A stretch of DNA of 63,993 nt, filler included, from Octopus bimaculoides (lineage: Eukaryota): the NCBI RefSeq assembly GCF_001194135.2. It is 6 parts of 6 records of this genome, joined end to end, with 100 filler letters (N's around TTAATTAATTAA, not from the genome) between each part and the next. Parts side by side here need not be neighbours in the genome. Positions count along the whole stretch, not along the records: positions 20,879 to 38,975 come from NC_068993.1; positions 39,076 to 51,103 come from NC_068988.1; 4 more parts are not named here. One strand, given 5' to 3'. How positions within the stretch are numbered: the first letter of the stretch is position 1; each line of letters starts with the position of its first letter. The position numbers were made by a program, and so were the translations under genes. This document shows, piece by piece, positions 36,985 to 50,098 of this stretch. The notes beneath the pieces are model-generated. The model was given only the letters and a program-made list of their open reading frames with translations, was not told the origin of the DNA and ran no database searches.

Positions 36985-39075
36985 CCCGACTAGGTAATAA
37001 ATCAGGCGATTTAGAAAGAAGAACTAAATTGTCTCAAATAGAGAAATATTGCCGCATGTAAATATTTATATCTTTCGATGCCGTTGTGTAAAATCTGCAG
37101 CTACGTTGTGATCTCACCCCACTCCCACTTGACATCGCATTTAGTCACAGTTCGACAGCACCATTACGTGTACGGGAACTTGGCCGTGTTCGCTGCTGAC
37201 AATGTTTGGTTTTCCATGGGTAACTTCCTCTTGTTTGCTCAGCAGTCATGCATACCATGGTAAAAATATTTGACGAGACTATTAAAAATATTGGACGAGA
37301 ACAATTTTAACAGGAGTAAAATTTAGTTGTATAAAATCATCATTTCATAAGTTTTTCCTTTTTATTATTTCAGCAAACACTCACGTCATGCTATGAGATT
37401 GTGACAATAATTCGATATGTAGGTCACAAAAATAGTAATTCGAAAACTGTGTTTCAACGGATAAAAAAAAAATCATTTAGAGATATCGAGATTTAAAAGG
37501 ACAAAAAGCTGTTTAAATGTTTAAATGTTCACCTACTTTACAAGACATACAGGGGAAATCGTTGCTGAGATTGCACATGTAAAGTAAGGAAATAAAAAAA
37601 AGAACGTTAGGAAATTATAAGTCCTGTATTGAGAAATACATGTAGGTTTTAGAAAACCGCGCAAAAATAAATTGATGTATTTGTGAAAGAAAAGCTATAA
37701 ACAGAAATACTGATAACAGTTGCATACTTATAAAATTTCCTTTTTTATTGATCGTTAGTTTTTCTACAATTATAAATTTCAACATTTGCTTGCATTATTT
37801 CCTCATAATATTTCTTGGTTTTATCTTATTTATTGTTTGGGTGTTGACATTTAAATCCTAGAAAGATATATAAAAAAATAAGAATGATGTTTACATTAAA
37901 AAATATATCAGAAACATTACTTCGAGAAATTGTCGACAAAAATTAACATAACAAAATCTGTAGAACAAAATTTATTAACCAAAGTAGATATAAAAAAATA
38001 TATAAAATTTACTATGCTAGATATTTCAATAAACTTAGACTAGTCAATTCTGAAATATAAAACAATGATTTCCCAAAATCAGTGCTATTCAAAGACATTT
38101 ATATTACATTAGATTTGAAAATAAATAATAAAAGTAAGTAGTACATGTTGGTAGTAAAAATAAAGTAGTTTTTCTTTCGAATATTTCTTTGCGTTTACCT
38201 ACAAAGATTCCACTGTGATTTAAACTCTATGATACACACAAGTAATCACATAAGAAAGTAAGACGTAGAGTTAAATGAAGCAATCTAAATGTTTAACAAT
38301 GTTTACTTTCCAAGTACTGTACATTGAGTGTAATAAATTCTGCCTATAATACAAGCCCATGTACGCCATTTTGCCACAAGTGCAGGTAGGATATTTTGCG
38401 ATAAAACGTTATTAAATTGGATAACATTCCGATATTTGCAGTCATAGTACAACTAATTGATAATAATGGGTCTTTAAAGTTATTATTTTAATAGAAATAG
38501 GAAACAATTGAATAAGAAATGTGGCGTACAATATCGAAAATGTACAACAGTGTCACGTCCTTAAAGCCAAAATCAACACAGGCTCCACACAATAATATTT
38601 TTGAAACCAAAAGTACGGACATCAGTGCATTAATGTAACTGCTATCCAACAAAAATTTAAAGGATCTAAGATAAACTTTCAAATATCTTCTTTAAATTGA
38701 AGTCTAAATAACTGGATGTTATAATAATTTATGAGAGGTATATGGTTCAGTTTCCAATTTAGTAGGAAAGAGAGTTTTAAAATGTCAGCGAAGAATATAA
38801 TAGTGAAGCAATATGAATATATGAATGTTAAACATGCGATATACATACATATATATATACATGCATGCACACGTATATGCATACAAACATACGTACATGA
38901 GTACACTAGCAGAATCCCTTTGTCTCTCTCTCACACATACACGCACATATATATAAATATATATATATATATATANNNNNNNNNNNNNNNNNNNNNNNNN
39001 NNNNNNNNNNNNNNNNNNNTTAATTAATTAANNNNNNNNNNNNNNNNNNNNNNNNNNNNNNNNNNNNNNNNNNNN

Positions 39076-39810
39076 CCTTTCTCTCCAATTTAACTCTACC
39101 ATCTCTAAGACCTCGATTAACTTCCTAGATATCTCTCTTACCATTGACCACCCCTCCCACTCTCTCACCACCTCCGCCTTCTTCACACCCACAGATTTCC
39201 ACCTCTACCTCAATTTCTCCTCCATCCCTCCCACACAAAACAAGCCATCCCCTATTACCAGTTCCCCCGCCTCCAACGGCTTGTGCAACCGGGACCAGGA
39301 TTTCAAAACCCAGTTACAGTATCTTACCCGCCTTCATGCATCGAGGATACCCCTCAACCTTTGTCCAAACCGCCCTTGCCCGCGCTCGTCGGATCAATCA
39401 CACCACCACCCTCTCTTCTTCCCCACACCAATCCTTTAACCGCACCCCTTCCCGTCATTTTCCATCCCTCCATCCTACCCCTTCGTCGGAGGATCATACA
39501 GGCCTTCCGTCGTCTCCAGCTAGATCCCACCACCCACCGCATTTTCCCCAATCCACCTTTGTCCTCCTTTAAACGCGCCCGAAACCTACGCTATCTACTG
39601 GTCCGTAGCACCGTCTTCTCTTCCCCTCCAACCTCACCTGGATCTTTCCCTTGCTCTACATCCCGCCGCCACACCTGATCTTTCATCACCAACACCACCT
39701 CCCTCACTAGTTACAATCAGCACACTCTCCACATTAGAAACTCCTTCTCCTACACCTCTTCAAGCCTTATCTATTGCATTAGATGTAATCTCTGTAATAA
39801 ACTACGTAGG
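39076..39810 (+). mobile_element. Second Penelope-like fragment of a different lineage (RT thumb, linker, start of GIY-YIG)
   Basis: CNRDQDF...RGYP...ALARAR, then FPNPPLSSFKRARNLRYLLVRS...GSFPC...IRNSFSYTSSSLIYCIRCNLC; pyrimidine-rich coding strand. Confidence 0.8.
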
Positions 39811-41111
39811 ACATTGAGCGACAATGCTCGAAAAGAGGAGTAGATAGACAGCCGACAACTGACGAAGGGTCATTCTTTACTTTACTTGTCTTGTTTTCCA
39901 TTTGTTTCTCACGTTGTTTGCGCATTGAACTCATTTGCTTTCATATTTTATGTTGTTTATTGTTTGGTGACATCCTGTATCCATATATGTACATGTGTAT
40001 ATNNNNNNNNNNNNNNNNNNNNNNNNNNNNNNNNNNNNNNNNNNNNNNNNNNNNNNNNNNNNNNNNNNNNNNNNNNNNNNNNNNNNNNNNNNNNNNNNNN
40101 NNNNNNNNNNNNNNNNNNNNNNNNNNNNNNNNNNNNNNNNNNNNNNNNNNNNNNNNNNNNNNNNNNNNNNNNNNNNNNNNNNNNNNNNNNNNNNNNNNNN
40201 NNNNNNNNNNNNNNNNNNNNNNNNNNNNNNNNNNNNNNNNNNNNNNNNNNNNNNNNNNNNNNNNNNNNNNNNNNNNNNNNNNNNNNNNNNNNNNNNNNNN
40301 NNNNNNNNNNNNNNNNNNNNNNNNNNNNNNNNNNNNNNNNNNNNNNNNNNNNNNNNNNNNNNNNNNNNNNNNNNNNNNNNNNNNNNNNNNNNNNNNNNNN
40401 NNNNNNNNNNNNNNNNNNNNNNNNNNNNNNNNNNNNNNNNNNNNNNNNNNNNNNNNNNNNNNNNNNNNNNNNNNNNNNNNNNNNNNNNNNNNNNNNNNNN
40501 NNNNNNNNNNNNNNNNNNNNNNNNNNNNNNNNNNNNNNNNNNNNNNNNNNNNNNNNNNNNNNNNNNNNNNNNNNNNNNNNNNNNNNNNNNNNNNNNNNNN
40601 NNNNNNNNNNNNNNNNNNNNNNNNNNNNNNNNNNNNNNNNNNNNNNNNNNNNNNNNNNNNNNNNNNNNNNNNNNNNNNNNNNNNNNNNNNNNNNNNNNNN
40701 NNNNNNNNNNNNNNNNNNNNNNNNNNNNNNNNNNNNNNNNNNNNNNNNNNNNNNNNNNNNNNNNNNNNNNNNNNNNNNNNNNNNNNNNNNNNNNNNNNNN
40801 NNNNTATATATATATATATATACATGCATATATATACATATATAATTAAAAATACACATTAAGTACAGGACAAATACAAAAAAAATACACATTGAGGTAC
40901 CGGATATTACCAACGAGTGAAAAATACTTGAAGACAGGGATTTTTCACTGGTTGGTGATATCCTGTACCTAAATGTGTAATTATCTCTGGTGTGTTTACG
41001 TATCTTTCACTCGCTGATGATGTCCTGTACTTAATGTGTATTTTTAATTATTTATAAGTGAACGCCACACACCCTTTGTCAACAGTACGTTTTTACTCAC
41101 ACACACACACG

Positions 41112-41155
<44 letters not shown>

Positions 41156-41159
41156 AGTG

Positions 41160-41380
41160 TGTTTCTGTGTGTGTCGTGTATATGTTTGTGTGTCTGTATT
41201 TGTACCCGCATCTTTGCTTGACAACCGATGCTGGTGTGTTTACGTTCCCGTAACTTAGCGGTTCGGCAAAAACGACCGATAGAATAAGTATTAGGCTCAC
41301 AAAGAATATGTCCTGGGGTCGATTTGTTCGCCCAAGTGGCCACAGTCAAATGACTGAAACAAATAAGAGAATAAAAGAAT
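41160..41380 (+). mobile_element. Family A SINE, 3' segment
   Basis: cttgacaaccgatgctggtgtgtttacg...cagtcaaatgactgaaacaa. Confidence 0.85.
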
Positions 41381-42724
41381 ATATATATATATATATANNN
41401 NNNNNNNNNNNNNNNNNNNNNNNNNNNNNNNNNNNNNNNNNNNNNNNNNNNNNNNNNNNNNNNNNNNNNNNNNNNNNNNNNNNNNNNNNNNNNNNNNNNN
41501 NNNNNNNNNNNNNNNNNNNNNNNNNNNNNNNNNNNNNNNNNNNNNNNNNNNNNNNNNNNNNNNNNNNNNNNNNNNNNNNNNNNNNNNNNNNNNNNNNNNN
41601 NNNNNNNNNNNNNNNNNNNNNNNNNNNNNNNNNNNNNNNNNNNNNNNNNNNNNNNNNNNNNNNNNNNNNNNNNNNNNNNNNNNNNNNNNNNNNNNNNNNN
41701 NNNNNNNNNNNNNNNNNNNNNNNNNNNNNNNNNNNNNNNNNNNNNNNNNNNNNNNNNNNNNNNNNNNNNNNNNNNNNNNNNNNNNNNNNNNNNNNNNNNN
41801 NNNNNNNNNNNNNNNNNNNNNNNNNNNNNNNNNNNNNNNNNNNNNNNNNNNNNNNNNNNNNNNNNNNNNNNNNNNNNNNNNNNNNNNNNNNNNNNNNNNN
41901 NNNNNNNNNNNNNNNNNNNNNNNNNNNNNNNNNNNNNNNNNNNNNNNNNNNNNNNNNNNNNNGGACCCGAGAGGGACAAAGTGGTGCGTGCGTTGCTTGG
42001 CGAAAGCCAAGGAAGGAAAGGATTATTGACCGGAAGCATGTGACCATGCCGGTGTAAAGGGAAGAGAGAGAAACAGAGGGAGGAAGTAGAAGAATAGGTG
42101 AGCAACGAGAGGAAAAGAGAAAGAGAGGAAAAACGAGGGGGAAAAGAGATACGTAGTAGTAACAGAGGAAGAACGAGAGGGGTAAAGCGAGATACGTAGT
42201 AGTACAGAGGAAGAACGAGGGGGGAAGGAAAGAGAAAGAGATAGAGTAGCGTCGGAGGATATGAGCCACGAAAACCACCTACATTTGGAAGATGCTGCGT
42301 TCAATCATGTAAAAACAAATAGTAAATGAGTATATGCATATTATTGTTTAACAAGTGTAATATGGACTGTGAATTCGAAGTTTCATCCAGCTTAGCCAAC
42401 TTCTGAAGACAATGCAGATGTTTTCGTATGTGATGACCCAGTTATAAACACTGATGTTTCTATGACTGTCCCATTCTTAAGCCATCCACTGTCCCTTTCT
42501 CTATCAAATGCTTCTCTTCCTCTATTCTTACCATACAGCTACGTCTTCGCCTATATAATGAAGTATTTCTATTTTGACTTTAACTTTTCAGAATTCATTG
42601 TGAGTCAATAAGCTCTGCTTTGACTATAAAACCTGAATGTTTTCTTCAGGATATTAATAATCTTAAAATTACGAGTAAAGCTGGAAATATTTTCTTAACT
42701 AATAGTTTCTGATAGAGACTGAAA

Positions 42725-42915
42725 GCCAGTCATTTTGAAGAGTGTTTAGTGGATGCCATCAACGTATCAGTACTTAACTGGTACCGTATTTTATCGACTT
42801 CGGAAGGATAAAAATAAAGTTGTCCTTGCCGGAATTTGAACACAGAATGTAAAGAGCCGGAAGAAATGTCACAAGGCATTTCTTCCGATGCTGTAGCGAA
42901 TCTGATAACGCGCTG
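42725..42915 (-). mobile_element. Family B SINE (degenerate)
   Basis: gtacttaactggtaccgtattttatcgac...ggaatttgaacacagaatgtaaag. Confidence 0.65.
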
Positions 42916-44269
42916 TCTTTTATACAGGCTTAATTACACAATACATATTAAACGTAATGAAATTATTTATACTCTACATATTCTATACATAAACTTCCTA
43001 GATCAGTAAAAACAACTTAAGAAATAAAAAAAATTCTCGTACACTCCCTCTAAACAGGCTTTAGAGATGTCGCGAAAGGGCTGTTTGGAGGCCCAACCTT
43101 CCGAGTTCTTTTAAAAGCTTAAAACAACAAGGATTGCTGCAATAGGTGTGTGAATCTGAGAGGGGAATATGATGAATTAAATCATAACCAACTGATCCTC
43201 CTGTATTTTCTTTTACGCAAACCCAGAAACTTATTCAATATACTACTAAAATAAATTTATTCAATATACTTGTTTCACCACCCACACTACGCTACAATAT
43301 TATGGAAACATCAGCAGAATCAAACAATATATTCAGATACAAACAAATAAACAAAACAACGCACGGAATGAAATCTACTTGAATCAATCTCAAAACACTT
43401 CAGAAAAGAACAAGGCCAGAAGTGTCACCATTACTTGCAGTCCTTAAATGAATACATGATTTTCACACATACAATACACAGTCACAACAAGTATATTCAA
43501 TATATAACACATAAACAAAGTGCACATTATCCTAAATGCACTAGAAGGTAACAATTACAGGCTAAATAAAAACACTTTTATGTAATTTTATAATAACCAA
43601 ATTCATACATAACATTTCCGTTCAAGTTATACAGGAAACGAGATTAGAAGCTTAAAGGAATAAAGATGTCATTCATGTGACGTACGTGATAGTCAGAGAG
43701 ACACAAATTGTGAAATATATGAGCTGTAAATTTCGAACATTTAGAAGAATGATATCGATTCACTTTTCACAGTACACATACAAGTATTAAACAATTTTTA
43801 ACTGAGAATGTTTGTTGAGGACCCCAAAAGTTTGACTTATGTGACATCGCATAAAATAACTTTTTTTTATTAACTACTAATTCCTTTGAATTTCTCCAGA
43901 GCATCGTAAAAAGCCACATTGTGTTTATTTATATTAACCTTGAAATTAAAAACAATAATGCTAAGGTGTTTACAGGACAACTTTCACTGTGGTCACAATC
44001 ATCATTTATCTGGTGTGACGCGTGTGATACTAATAGAAGTGACATTTTCAAGACGAATATTTCCTATACCTTTCAAATAACGTAGATTTGGAAGAAATTG
44101 TCTCACTATCGATATCTGGTTGAAAATGACCCATTCCAACATAGCTTTATATGTGTAAGAGTTTTTTTCTGGGCATTCTAAAAAATATCCGTCAAATGTA
44201 AATAATGTCTAAAAAATTTTGTTTTAACTTTTATGAGAATGGCTTAGAAGCTAAATGAATATAAATAGG

Positions 44270-45170
44270 ATATAGCAGTCCTTTGCTGAATGTATCCCGC
44301 TTTCGGCCTGAAGGCATTTTGGGCATACAAATGACTGGTTAATCTTGCTGCGATAACTTGATAAATGGGTACTCATTCCGTCTAAATACTCATTTTTGTC
44401 CGTTGGGTGAAGAGAGGACAGCTGAGATTCCAGTTGAGATTCTAAAGTGGATCAAATCAAACTTATCTTCATTTAGAAGCATATTGTGTTTTTCTGACCA
44501 TTAGACAACAGCAAACAGATCCAACTGAAGGTATGTTCGGTCTCCCATACCGTTTATGGCTTTCTGGAGTTTGGAATCATCTGCAAAGATTTTCAATGTA
44601 GAATGTTTGATGACGTCTACTATGCCATTGATGTAGATGATGAAGAGGAGTGGCCCCAACCTTGTGGGACACCACTACTGACTTTGACCGAGCTGGATCG
44701 TATTCCCTCAAACACAACATGCTAGGTCCTGTTTGTCAGGAAACAATTTATCCATTGTAGCAGCTTTCTACGAACTCCAATATTGGACAATTTCTTCAGC
44801 AGGATTTTGTGGTCCACTCTGTCAAATGCGTTGCTGAAATCAAGGTATATGACGTCAGTGTTGGGGGCCTTCTCCCAACGCTTTTAAGATGTCATCAAAA
44901 TGGTGCAGAAGCTGCAGCAGGCAGTCCCTGCCATCATGGAAACCATGCTGGTTGGGTTCAGCAGATTGTTGTCTTCGAGGAAGTGAGTTATTCGTGATCT
45001 CACCACCCTCTCAAATACTTTAATTATATGACAGGTGAGTGATACCAGATGGTAGTTCACTGCAAAAGATTTGTTTCCCTTTTTGAAGACTGGAACGACA
45101 GACTGGGAAAGAAAATGATCAGGAATGTAGCCTGCATCAAGTGAGTTTCTCCAGAGCTCAGCTAGAAGGG
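44270..45170 (-). mobile_element. CR1/L2-type LINE reverse-transcriptase fragment
   Basis: PVFKKG..NYxxVSLT.HIIKVFERVV...QHGF...YLDFSNAFD...GVPQG.LGPLLFIIYI...IFADDSK; frameshifted. Confidence 0.9.
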
Positions 45171-46188
45171 TAAAATAGCGATGACATTGATGAACAACAA
45201 TTGATTTGCATAAATTATTATTTATCAATTGATGCAAATCAATTGTTGTTCATCAATGTTATTTCCATTTTCTGTTTTCTTTAAATTTTGATTCTTGATA
45301 AACTCCTGTTTATCCTTGATATTTACCTATAATTTATGAGCGTAACTTTTTTGCCCATATTTAAATAAAGGTAATATACCGGTAGTATTTTGGATACTTT
45401 CATCCCCTAGAAGATTGTTTTAACCTCTAACTCAACTAAGCTTATATANNNNNNNNNNNNNNNNNNNNNNNNNNNNNNNNNNNNNNNNNNNNNNNNNNNN
45501 NNNNNNNNNNNNNNNNNNNNNNNNNNNNNNNNNNNNNNNNNNNNNNNNNNNNNNNNNNNNNNNNNNNNNNNNNNNNNNNNNNNNNNNNNNNNNNNNNNNN
45601 NNNNNNNNNNNNNNNNNNNNNNNNNNNNNNNNNNNNNNNNNNNNNNNNNNNNNNNNNNNNNNNNNNNNNNNNNNNNNNNNNNNNNNNNNNNNNNNNNNNN
45701 NNNNNNNNNNNNNNNNNNNNNNNNNNNNNNNNNNNNNNNNNNNNNNNNNNNNNNNNNNNNNNNNNNNNNNNNNNNNNNNNNNNNNNNNNNNNNNNNNNNN
45801 NNNNNNNNNNNNNNNNNNNNNNNNNNNNNNNNNNNNNNNNNNNNNNNNNATAGAAAATGTTAGAAACAGTTTAAGTATCAAAATACATATATACATTCTT
45901 TGATAATAATAATAAGAATATGTTTGAAACAGTTTACAACGTTGTTATAACAAAAAAGGATTTGGTAAAATATGTATATATATACCCAGGAAATATATTT
46001 AAGAGTTCGCAAAAAGTTGAGGAGGAACTGACCTAGCTTTTTTCTCTTGTGTGTATTGAGGGAATGTTTGCTGTCTTTTGATAATCTTTTTCTAAAAAAG
46101 TGAAACCGGTTAAGTAAATAAATATCTTTAAAATAAGTGCATTTTCAAACCTTCTTTCATATATATATATATATATATATATTAGGAC

Positions 46189-46432
46189 ACTTTCGTCACG
46201 TGTCAGCGACGAGAGAGTCAAGGAGGAGGAGTGAGAGAGAGGGAACGGTGAAATGAAGAGAAGAATAGGGGAGGATTGGGAGATAAAAACAGAAAGAATG
46301 AAGAACAAGAGAGGGTGAGAGATAGACAGGGAAGTGATAGTAATAGTAGTAGAGTGTGCAGAAGAAATTATTAAGATAAAACTTACTTGGAGACAGTGCA
46401 TGACCCTCTCGTCGTTGACACGTGACGAAAGT
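46189..46432. repeat. 32-bp inverted repeat pair around a purine-rich spacer (MITE-like)
   Basis: 46189-46220 and 46401-46432 are reverse complements with 2 mismatches. Confidence 0.85.
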
Positions 46433-46754
46433 TGGTAATTGGAGACATGCGAATTAACACGAAAAACGACTTAACTCAAAAGAATCTTTAACCCTTTATT
46501 AGTATATATTTATTTATTGTTTATCAATATATAACTGTTTATTCACATTTTCACATGCGCTTTATTTGATTTTCCATTCAAGTATTGATTTTTTTTTTTT
46601 TACTTTGGAAAATTCTGTGCTTTTTTAAGTATGTTCCTTGAAACAAATGTGAAGTCAGCTAAATCGACTAAAATTGATTTTTCCATGAATTTCTCTTATA
46701 TAAAAACAGCGTAACTCGAAACGACTTATGGTAAGGTATGCCTGCATAAATGTA

Positions 46755-47088
46755 TTTGTCCCCAAACACTGCTTGACCACCGGTTTTGGTTTGTTTACGC
46801 TGCTGTAATCTAGTCGTTAGGCAAAAAAAAAAAAACGGTAAAATAAGTTCCGGAATTTACTTGTATTGATTTTTTGCCTAAACCCTTCGAAGCGGTGCCC
46901 CAGCATGGTCAAAGTCCAATTATTGAAACAAATAACAGTTACGGGACGTAAACAGACCACCATCGGTTGTCACGTGATGTTGGGGAGGGGGACAAACACA
47001 GACACATAAACATATACACACACATACATATATATATATATATTTATATATATATATATACATATATACGACGGGCTTCTTTCAGTTT
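46755..47088. mobile_element. Family A SINE pieces in opposite orientations
   Basis: Plus-strand 3' segment (gcggtgccccagcatgg) abuts a minus-strand segment (acgggacgtaaacagaccaccatcggttgtca...acgacgggcttctttcagttt). Confidence 0.75.
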
Positions 47089-47589
47089 NNNNNNNNNNNN
47101 NNNNNNNNNNNNNNNNNNNNNNNNNNNNNNNNNNNNNNNNNNNNNNNNNNNNNNNNNNNNNNNNNNNNNNNNNNNNNNNNNNNNNNNNNNNNNNNNNNNN
47201 NNNNNNNNNNNNNNNNNNNNNNNNNNNNNNNNNNNNNNNNNNNNNNNNNNNNNNNNNNNNNNNNNNNNNNNNNNNNNNNNNNNNNNNNNNNNNNNNNNNN
47301 NNNNNNNNNNNNNNNNNNNNNNNNNNNNNNNNNNNNNNNNNNNNNNNNNNNNNNNNNNNNNNNNNNNNNNNNNNNNNNNNNNNNNNNNNNNNNNNNNNNN
47401 NNNNNNNNNNNNNNNNNNNNNNNNNNNNNNNNNNNNNNNNNNNNNNNNNNNNNNNNNNNNNNNNNNNNNNNNNNNNNNNNNNNNNNNNNNNNNNNNNNNN
47501 NNNNNNNNNNNNNNNNNNNNNNNNNNNNNNNNNNNNNNNNNNNNNNNNNNNNNNNTGATAAAATATAAAAATAAAGATAATTGCTTTCA

Positions 47590-47810
47590 AATTTTGGTAC
47601 AAGGCTTGCGATTTCGGGGGAGGGATTAAGAAGATTATATGAACCTCGGTGTTCAACTGGGACTTATTTTATCGACTCTGAAAGGATGAAAGTCAACATC
47701 AGCATCGGTGGTATCAGCATTTGAACTCAGAATGTAAAGTAGTACAAAATCCGCTAAACATTTTGTCCGGCGTGCTAACGATCTTGCCAATTCGCCAGAT
47801 CGCCACCTTA
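47590..47810 (-). mobile_element. Family B SINE just 3' of the EGF-gene stop codon, in the gene's sense orientation
   Basis: ttgaactcagaatgtaaag...ttttgtccggcgtgctaacgat...cgccacctta. Confidence 0.78.
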
Positions 47811-47854
47811 ACCACAAAGTCAATTAATAGCTGATGGGACATTACAAGGACAAA

Positions 47855-47976
47855 TTACAAAAGAATAGCTGTTGTGGGGGAAAAGTTCGTTAAAACAGAT
47901 ATTAGGATAGGCATAATAAAAACAGTATAAAAGGACTGGCGCTTGATGTTAAACAGAGTCCCGCAGTTCCTGCCAT
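47855..47976 (-). CDS. EGF-like protein, probable terminal coding exon (D-GRNCGTLFNIKRQSFYTVFIMPILISVLTNFSPTTAILL*)
   Basis: Strong minus-strand acceptor cttttctttatctttacAG (plus 47977-47995); the phase-1 join gives GAT (Asp) and an open frame to TAA at 47857-47855; hydrophobic C-terminus. Spliced product is 207 aa. Confidence 0.72.
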
Positions 47977-48829
47977 CTGTAAAGATAAAGAAAAGCTTTT
48001 ATAAAAATCACTAATATCATGTTACGTAAAGAAACTGAGATGCGATAATTAAAGCAGACTAAGAAATACCATAGAAGTGATGCAACTATGCAGTACAACA
48101 CACAAATGAAAGAAAAAGGTTAGGAAGAATATTATAGACACGTAACATATATACTTAAAACACCTAAGTGCAACACATTGGTGGTAGGTATTAATACTCT
48201 AATTGTTGTAGTAAGTAGCTATGGTTATGATGTAATATTCTGAAATGAATGCAAATTGAATTTTAAAATACAGCAAAGAATACTAGTAAAATAACTGTAT
48301 TGGGAATACACCTAACACAGAACGATTAAATTTATCACTAATACAGGGTCTTCTGTAACTAGAAAACGATGATGAAAAAATATATATACTGTAGAGGTTC
48401 AAAACATATATAGAAGAAAGTGAAACAGTGACAAATAGCGACATTATCACAACAAACTCTGTTGTCTATGTTCTAGGAAGCCAAGAAATATAATTTAAGA
48501 GTTGAGATAAGAGAGAATAGTAATGAAGCTAGAGAAATAACAGAAATTGTTAACATCTGAATACGGAGTTGAAAATTGGTTAACAGAATGTCATTTTAAA
48601 ACGATTACAAGATAGAAAAGAAAGACCCTGCATAAGCAATATCTTTCAAGATTAAATAAAGCGGAAGTGAGAGTTATTTATTTTTTTAAATGTACTGGCT
48701 GCAAAACGAAATTACTTAAAATTTAAGACTGAATATTGGTAGATTACTTATTAGTACAAGACCAAAAGCTTCCCTTTGAGAACAACCAGAATTATATAAT
48801 TTCAAATTTTGGCAAAAAGCCAACATTTC

Positions 48830-49115
48830 TAGGGAGAACGGAAAGTTGACCCTAATCTTTAACTGGTACTTAACCAACGATGAAAAGATGAAAGGTAAAG
48901 TTGAACACAAAATGTAAAACTGAATGAAATGTTGCTAAGCACTTTTCCGGAGGGCAAACGAGTCTGAAAGTTCACCGCAGTAATAGTCTTTGCTCCTATA
49001 GGCACAAGGTCTGAAATTTTGTGCAAGAGGCTACTCGATAATATTAACCCCAGTGCTCAAATTGTACTTTCCTTATCGACCTCAAAAGAGTGAAAGACAA
49101 GGTCGATCTCGGCAG
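48830..49115 (-). mobile_element. Family B SINE fragments in the EGF-gene intron
   Basis: aggcacaaggtctgaaattt...ccagtgctcaa...tatcgacctcaaaagagtgaaagacaaggtcgatctcggcagaat. Confidence 0.7.
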
Positions 49116-49305
49116 AATATCACCACCATAATAATAATAATACTTTTGACATCTTTGTACACACACATACATACACACACATGCACACACACGCACACAC
49201 ACACACACATATGCATATACGTACACATATCAATATACATACATGTAGGTATATACATACGTATATGCATAAACATATAAGTACATATATATACTAATAC
49301 TTATG

Positions 49306-49337
<32 letters not shown>

Positions 49338-49754
49338 CAAGCATATATATATTATATATACATACATAATAAATATGTGTGTGTATTTACACACACATAA
49401 TTCCAATTTTTGGAATCATAACTTTAAATTGAACCTCTTTTGCTCTTAGACATAGAGACTACATTATTACTCTTTTACTCGTTTCCCTTAATTCCTTTGA
49501 TAACAGAAAAATACTATCCCCCACCCCTTTACTTAATTGGTGTAAAAAGAATTTTCTCATTTGTTTCCTCGCTCTGTCAACCAACTTAGGTTGGTATATA
49601 GTATCGAACTCAATTACTATACTCTTCTGTTGCTTTCAACTCAATTATGCATTTGCTTACGTAACGATTAACTTACAACGCTGTGGTGTTTGCTAGCGAA
49701 ACACTGTTGTAATAGAAACATTTAAGCAAACTTTCCCGTTTTATTCAACTCCCG

Positions 49755-49804
<50 letters not shown>

Positions 49805-50098
49805 TGTAAAGAGAGAGAGACAGAAAGAGAGAGAGAAAGGGGAAAGAGAGAGAAGGACAGAGGTACATCGAACACCATGCGACGTAAATTCATGGTTTAT
49901 TAAAATTATCTGTCTCTAGAGGCTGTCACAATCATCAAATGGCAACTGAGTCCAGCTCCATGTGAGAAGGAGAGATGATCTTGATGATCAAGAATTTTCC
50001 AATGTTGGCATGCAATATCACGCACACACACACACACACACACGCGCACATTCTTAATCTTACGCATAATCGTCGTAAGAGGGAAAAACGACACATAC

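Noticed and set aside
39856-39885. CTGACGA after the second PLE fragment as a hammerhead
   Set aside because: No stem II or GAAA follows.
42400-42560. Minus-strand WLKNGTVIETSVFI resembling an R4/Dong LINE motif
   Set aside because: The similarity is too short and weak to call without a search.
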